From Catajapyx aquilonaris (Eukaryota), in the NCBI GenBank assembly GCA_000934665.2, contig JYFJ02003576.1, positions 1-39,977 of the forward strand: a stretch of 39,977 bases of DNA, in the 5' to 3' direction. The notes beneath the pieces are model-generated. The model saw only the letters and a list, made by a program, of their open reading frames with translations. It had not been told where the DNA came from and did no database searches. The position numbers and the translations under genes are program-made. Shown here piece after piece: positions 34,901 through 39,977 of this stretch (position 1 is the stretch's first letter; each line of letters starts with the position of its first letter).

Positions 34901-37154
34901 GGGGAGAGTTGGGCGCAGATTCGGATCATTAGATGACGAAGGGTGGCCCCCCCTCATGTTCTCTCCACCACCCCACCCCCCATCCCCCATCCCAAAACTG
35001 AAAATATCGATCAGCTAGTGGGGCTCTCTATACGTATACGTAACTATCGGTGCAGCTACGAGCCCGTGAAAATGGTAGCTGATGAGAAGCTGTCCAAAAA
35101 CTATCTGCCCTCAATCTCCTTCCGGATGGATGCACAGCAAAGTGCCATGGGGAAACATTCGCACCCACAGATTGCAATCAAACCCACCCACACGCATTGT
35201 AGGTAATCAAACGGCACAATCTATACGCGGCCTGGAGGTATGGAATGTCATATGGCTCCAGAATGCAAATATTCCGCGCACGATAGCAACCAAGCTATAC
35301 GATTTATAATGCGGCGTTGTCAAAAAACAAAGAGAGAGACGCCTTAAATGTGGCAACGGTGCGACGGAGGGTTGGAGAGGGTGAGGGGGTGGGAAGGACC
35401 CCCTCGATTTCGACCGGCTAAAAATCAGGGTTCAAAAAGTTTGGGGACGTATTCTGACGGAGATTCGCACGGAATTTATCCATGATTTATCGGCCTCCAG
35501 TGGCCCTCGTGTGTTTACATATTTTTTTGCCATAATTCATATTCATTCATGGCGGCAGCCAGGAAAATAATTTTTTTTAAATGACAAAATATACCATGCA
35601 GAATTGTCTCAATCGTTAAAGTGAGATGTCATATTTGGCCCATGTGTTTCCATAACAATGACATCTTCAGTACATGAGCATATGCAATTTTCGGCTATTT
35701 TGCATCTTTTAAATTTTAAAAAAAACCTGTGCAGTCCTGAGTCTTTCCGCGAGATATGCAATCTGCATATCGATTCATCACAGTGATTGGGCACCAGAAA
35801 ATGGGAGTTGTCACCTGTCAATAACGCTCAGGCTTAAAGAGTGACATAATTACTTTTCTTATTGGGCAAACCCGCAAAAATGGGCGGAGTGAGCACACCC
35901 GTGACGCATAGCCTGCAATATAATTACCACTTACGTCCTAATTGACCCCTGAGTACAATGCATCAGGTAAGATGATTTTATATACCTTCAGGATGCTGGA
36001 AGCCAAATTACACCTGGATTCAAAAGCAACAAAAAGAAGGAGACTTGGAGCCCATTTTGTGTGCGCTACCTTGGGCACGACACCGTGATAGCAGTAATCA
36101 GCCCGCCAATTACGCGGGGGTTAAATTAGCCTCACATTTCGCTAGTCACGCACACACACAGCAGCAAACACAACAACAACAACAAAAATATGTAAGCCAC
36201 GTTACATTGTTTCCTTTCAAAAAACGTATTGATATAACCCGCTTTCGGTATGGAGTTGCGGGCTAATCCGATTCAAATGGACTGAAGCGCTTTTGTGCCA
36301 TGTAACGTGGCTCCGAGCGAGGCATCCCAAAAGGCGTTGAATTTTAAAGCGCTTTTAAATTGTGTCTTGCACATAAAGTGGGCATCTCAATATGCGTTGA
36401 ATTTTAAAACGATTTTAACTTGTGCCATGTAATGTGACTCGGAGCGAGGTACCTCAACACGCGTTGAATTTTGACGCGCTTTTATGCCACGCAATGAGAC
36501 TCGAAGCGAGGTTCAATTTTGAAGCGCTTTTACATGGTGCCATGTACCATGGCTCAGAGAGGCATCTCAACACAGCACGTAAAGCGCCATGTACCGTGCA
36601 TCTCAACAATGGTTATCACAAGTTACACGGCAGCAATGGAGCGTACTATGTTGCGGTCCTTCCTGAAGCGCTTTTAACTGCTGCAATGTGACATGGCTGT
36701 TTTTCAAGACAATCCAATGGGTTGAATTTTCGTCCCACTACTAGTTACTCTTACTGCTAAGTTAGCAGTACTGTACCACTGCCAACCCCCAAGTTAGCAG
36801 TACTAACTAGCAGTCGGACGTAAATTCAACCTAGTTAGCAGTACAAATGTTGGGGATGGTTACTACAGTTGAATCCGGACATAACAGACTTCAAGGGACC
36901 GCCGAAATCAGTCTGTTATAGCCGAATACACAACATGGAAGTTTGCCGAGACCTGCCTTTCGTATATGTTATAGCCGAGGTTGTTATATCCGGACTGTAC
37001 TAAAGTTAGCAAATTCTACCCAATGAATGCACGTGAGTAACTAACCTGAGTAGAAAAACATGCCCGAGTGTGGGGGCGGAGGGGCGTGCAGTAGCGGGTG
37101 CTGGCCCGGGGGCGGCCCAGGGGCGGGAGCCAGCCCCAACCCTCTGTACTCCAT
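22949..37154 (-). CDS. GSE1: Genetic suppressor element 1 (GSE1)-like coiled-coil protein (~1181 aa)
   Basis: Exons in transcript order: 37046-37154 (MEYRGLG...MFFYSG; least certain), 29780-30082 (SSFAAALRNLAKQA), 28821-29267 (PVVTIAPT), 28183-28405 (SGFQPYR), 27576-28106 (ERE/K repeat, His-rich), 24976-25772 (KLSFLQMFGLTT), 24408-24725, 23652-23965, 23254-23518 (FKWPGIEAVMESY), 22949-23187 (C-terminal coiled coil). All phases are compatible; total 3546 nt. Confidence 0.9.
24142..24240. repeat. Short inverted repeat / MITE remnant in GSE1 intron
   Basis: TGTGAGCAATTTGATCGGC pairs with GCCGATCAAATTGCTCGCA. Confidence 0.6.
26696..26775. repeat. Imperfect ~28-bp inverted repeat
   Basis: TCACATACCCGGCGAGTGATACCACCTG versus CAGGTAATGTCACTCTGAGGATATGTGA. 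Confidence 0.5.
30273..30340. mobile_element. Tiny pogo/Tigger-like MITE remnant
   Basis: TA|CAGTGAAACCTGT...ACAGGTTTTCCACCTG|TA. Confidence 0.5.
32041..32420. repeat. Diverged tandem duplication, 2 x ~190 bp
   Basis: Units 32041-32237 and 32238-32420 share ATTTTCCTCA, CCGGAAATTGGGG, CTAAAATACTGAAACC, CAGATTTCATATTGAATTA and GGGCTGCATTTCCACT. Confidence 0.9.
34212..34521. mobile_element. Old AT-rich MITE-like inverted repeat
   Basis: Degenerate arms (CAGGCTACTG...TTAACAGCATT versus AATGCTGTTAA...CAGTAGTCTG) around a very AT-rich core. Confidence 0.5.
36284..36690. repeat. Degenerate minisatellite, ~50-67 bp unit, ~6 copies
   Basis: Recurring GCGTTGAATTTT (36334, 36394, 36461), AAGCGCTTTT, TGCCATGTA and GAGCGAGG/GCATCTCAA. 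Confidence 0.8.
36719..36831. mobile_element. Small palindromic MITE; related copy nested at 12247-12358
   Basis: GGGTTGAATTTTCGTCCCACT...GTCGGACGTAAATTCAACC with internal TACTGCTAA/TTAGCAGTA motifs shared with 12247-12358. Confidence 0.65.
36866..36997. mobile_element. pogo/Tigger-like MITE
   Basis: TA|CAGTTGAATCCGGACATAAC...GTTATATCCGGACTG|TA with internal GTTATAGCCGA subrepeats. Confidence 0.7.
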
Positions 37155-37183
37155 CACGCGCACTTTTCCCCAGCGTATAACAT
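37154..37183 (-). promoter_or_regulatory. Upstream ORF (MLYAGEKCA*) with stop overlapping the GSE1 start codon
   Basis: ATG TTA TAC GCT GGG GAA AAG TGC GCG TGA, where the A of TGA is the A of the predicted GSE1 ATG (TGATG). Confidence 0.55.
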
Positions 37184-37960
37184 GTGGTCGGCTGCTGTGG
37201 CGGTGGTGGAGGAGGAGGAGAGCAAGAGGGGGGGCGGAGGGGTTAAAGCGGTGAGGGCGGCCCTTGCTCGACCTGCCGCCCCGGCCTCACCTCCGCTGCC
37301 CTCCCGCCCATGCGTCACGCCCTCGCCATCGATTTCGGATAGCNGTATACCAACACAGTCCCGCGTCTTTCGGCAGACTGAGCACTTGTAGTAGGGGTGG
37401 GTTGGATGGGTGGTAAAGAGAGGGGGTGGTTGTGTAGCCAGGGGATGCGGAGGAGGAGTTGCGGCGCGGTCGCAGCGCGCACGGCCACGCTCGCTCACCC
37501 TCTCAGAGAGAGAGAGAGCCGCGCTTGGAAATAACCTCCTCTTCAATTCCCACGCTTATTCCCCCCACCACCACCCTGTTCCGTAATGTNCCCCCCACCC
37601 CCCTGTTCCGTAATGTCAGGCTGGAGAGTGTCAACATGTCATGCGCGTCCGAGCGACAACAATCGCGGAAGTCATGCACGGACACCAGATCGAGAGGCTA
37701 CACGTTGTATACACAATGCAGGTTATAGGGCTCATCCTGCGGGTTAGGCGACTAGTCAAACATGCCTGCCGCAATGGGTCGTATGGCACGAAGGATGTAG
37801 TAGAAGTCGAGTTGCCACAGACGCAAAGGGAACCCAAAATACGGATATCATAATTGGAAGAAGAAGAAAAAAAATCCCACCTTCATGGTAAACATACGGG
37901 GGACGAGGATGAAAATTTGTAAAAAGTGTTTCCCAGCAATTTGTTCCTACGTTTCCTATA

Positions 37961-38281
37961 CATAAGAGGCGCAAATATTCGATTTCCGCGTCTCTCTGTT
38001 TGGGGCGTTGCCAAGGCTGGAGGCCATTTTGAAGTGTGGGCAACGCCAACGAGGCATAAAAATAGGGTACAGGCAAAAATAGGGTCCGCCATCTTTGATT
38101 CGAGCGTGTTCTTGCCGTGTAGTTGCCATGGCCGCCAGATGGCGGACCCTATTTTTGCCTGTACCCTATTTATGCCTCGTTGGCGTTGCCCACACTTCAA
38201 AATGGCCGCCAGCCTTGGCAACGGCCCCAAACAGAGAGACGCGAACATCAAAGACGCCGACAGAAGTTTGCGCCTCTTATG
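37961..38281. mobile_element. Near-perfect foldback MITE upstream of GSE1
   Basis: TA|CATAAGAGGCGCAAA...TTTGCGCCTCTTATG|TA termini plus ~105-bp almost identical internal inverted arms (37987-38094 / 38137-38243). Confidence 0.85.
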
Positions 38282-39977
38282 TAGTGGACTTCAACTGGAT
38301 TTCAGTATCTGCGTACGAAGGCCTTCGTTGACTAACTCCTTGATGAGCCCAAGTATGAGCCCTCATTAAAAGCTCAGTAATAAAGTCTACCTCGCCAATG
38401 TTGCTTCTCTATTTCGACTGGCTGCTGGGGGGTGAACAATCCGGCTGGTCTACTTACCGGGTTTTCTGAACTTTTTGTTTAGGTGGCGGATATCTGATGC
38501 ATGTTTTAATGCCTCATTGTTCGAGGCGTAATTTTGCGGTTTACGAACATGTTATTGGCGGGGTGGTTCGCACCTGAAATACATATGCAATATTGAATGG
38601 GCCGAACAACAAGCAAGGGCGTAAAAATGGAATAATTATGCCACAAGTAAGCCTGACAATGACATCCTAGAAATTTAAGTGGTCAATAACAGGGAAATTT
38701 ATTTCCTATTACCTTGGACTTTACCCCCTTGTTCTGATGGGTCATTCTGGTTTATGCCGGGAGCGTAATCAGCGGGATGGGAAATTCCTCGCATTTTTAG
38801 TTTAGAGGGAATTTTTTTATTAAAAGCCTAAAAAAGCAATGTAGGGGTCGTACTGGTGGCGCCACCATTCGATGGCGGAGAGCGAATCCGATGTATTGGC
38901 GCTCTTTGCCACCATCGGCTCGTGTCAAAAGTAATAACCCCCCAGGCAACAGTCCCAGGGTCTACATCAAAAGGACACGTCCTACTTCACGTCCATTTGG
39001 CGGAGTCCTCGACACGGCTATAACTGACCCCCAATGTCTGTTGCATCAGTGGCTATGCCAACAAGCAAAACGGGAGGCAGACCCAAAACCCAACAATGGG
39101 CTATATTGTGCAGCCATATTTCCAGAGCTGTTGCCTGTTGAGCTCCGGTGCGGTTGGGGCTCTGATCCCTAATCAGCCGGAGTGCAAGAAGGGTATAGGG
39201 GTGGTGGAGGTTGGGGGGAAAGAGAAGCACCGTCGTCAGGGGGAGGGGGGAGACGCTTTCAGGGTGATTAGGCGACGCTCCCGACGCCTCACCGCTTTCC
39301 CGCAACAGCTGCCCCAGGAGCTCATCGGGGGGGTTGGGAAGGGGGTGGGAAGGGGATGCAAACAGACGCATAATCCAACCCCCCCCCCCCCCCCTCAGCA
39401 TCCCAACCCCTCCTTTTCAAATCCCGCGCTAATTACAGGCCAGCCCCAAGTCACGGCCACCCCGGATGCTTTCGCAGGTTTTTTCCTACTTCATTGTATC
39501 CCGGCCGGACCCCCCTTGTGACACAGGGTCAGTCGATAAGCCGGGTTCACACGGGGGCCTCATTCAAGTCTTTGAGTCGGTGGGCTTGCCAATGGGCCAT
39601 TTAGCTAGTTATAACCACACTGGTGAACGCATTGCCAAAATTTGGCAAAACCTATTTAATCAGTAGTCTATGACACTGACAATCAAACGACGGAGATGTC
39701 TCGCGAACATCTCGCGGTAATCCTATTATAGGAGAAACCTTCGCCTTCGGTTAGAGAAGCACTCGGTTAGCTCCCGATTGAAGGTGTCGAGAGGTTCTCT
39801 TCATGATTAAGCAGGTTTTCTCGTGTCCTTCTTCCTAACTGACCCACAACCCAACAAACGACCGGTCGACATGCCTATAATGACAACGACCAAAGACCGG
39901 GCCATATGTGGACCCTACACTTTCAGATCGATCCCCCCCCCCCTCCCAATTTTCCAAAAAACTTCTCCCCCCAGGCA

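Noticed and set aside
36284..36690. CRISPR-like periodic repeat
   Set aside because: Units are degenerate along their whole length with no unique spacers, no cas genes are present, and the context is a eukaryotic intron.
37561..37617. Direct repeat CCCCCCACC...CCCTGTTCCGTAATGT
   Set aside because: The two copies abut a single N, typical of an unmerged contig overlap.
37756..38369. ORFs with repeated MADPIFACTLF peptides on both strands
   Set aside because: A by-product of the palindromic element.

Overview
Eukaryotic (animal, most likely arthropod) genomic DNA with GT-AG introns, so the ORF track shows only exon fragments. Three protein-coding genes can be assembled exon by exon with consistent splice phases: (1) Niemann-Pick C1 sterol transporter (NPC1), minus strand, ~846-16446, 18 exons, ~1290 aa, last exon uncertain; (2) dynein light chain roadblock, plus strand, 21416-22390, 4 exons, 97 aa; (3) genetic suppressor element 1 (GSE1)-like protein, minus strand, 22949-37154, 10 exons, ~1181 aa. 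Between NPC1 and roadblock lies a degenerate, intron-retaining dynamin fragment (PH domain to end of GED; premature stop and frameshifts), head-to-head with roadblock. Introns and intergenic DNA carry many non-autonomous DNA transposons or foldbacks (mariner/Tc1, pogo-like, hAT, piggyBac, PIF/Harbinger), two tRNA-type SINE heads, a minisatellite, a tandem duplication and microsatellites. Other notable signals: a uORF whose stop overlaps the GSE1 start (TGATG), candidate extra exons, nested MITEs and a crossed pair of perfect inverted repeats. No CRISPR array, rRNA or true tRNA gene was found, and no clearly new biological system is supported. All homology calls rest on motif recognition by eye, not on database searches.
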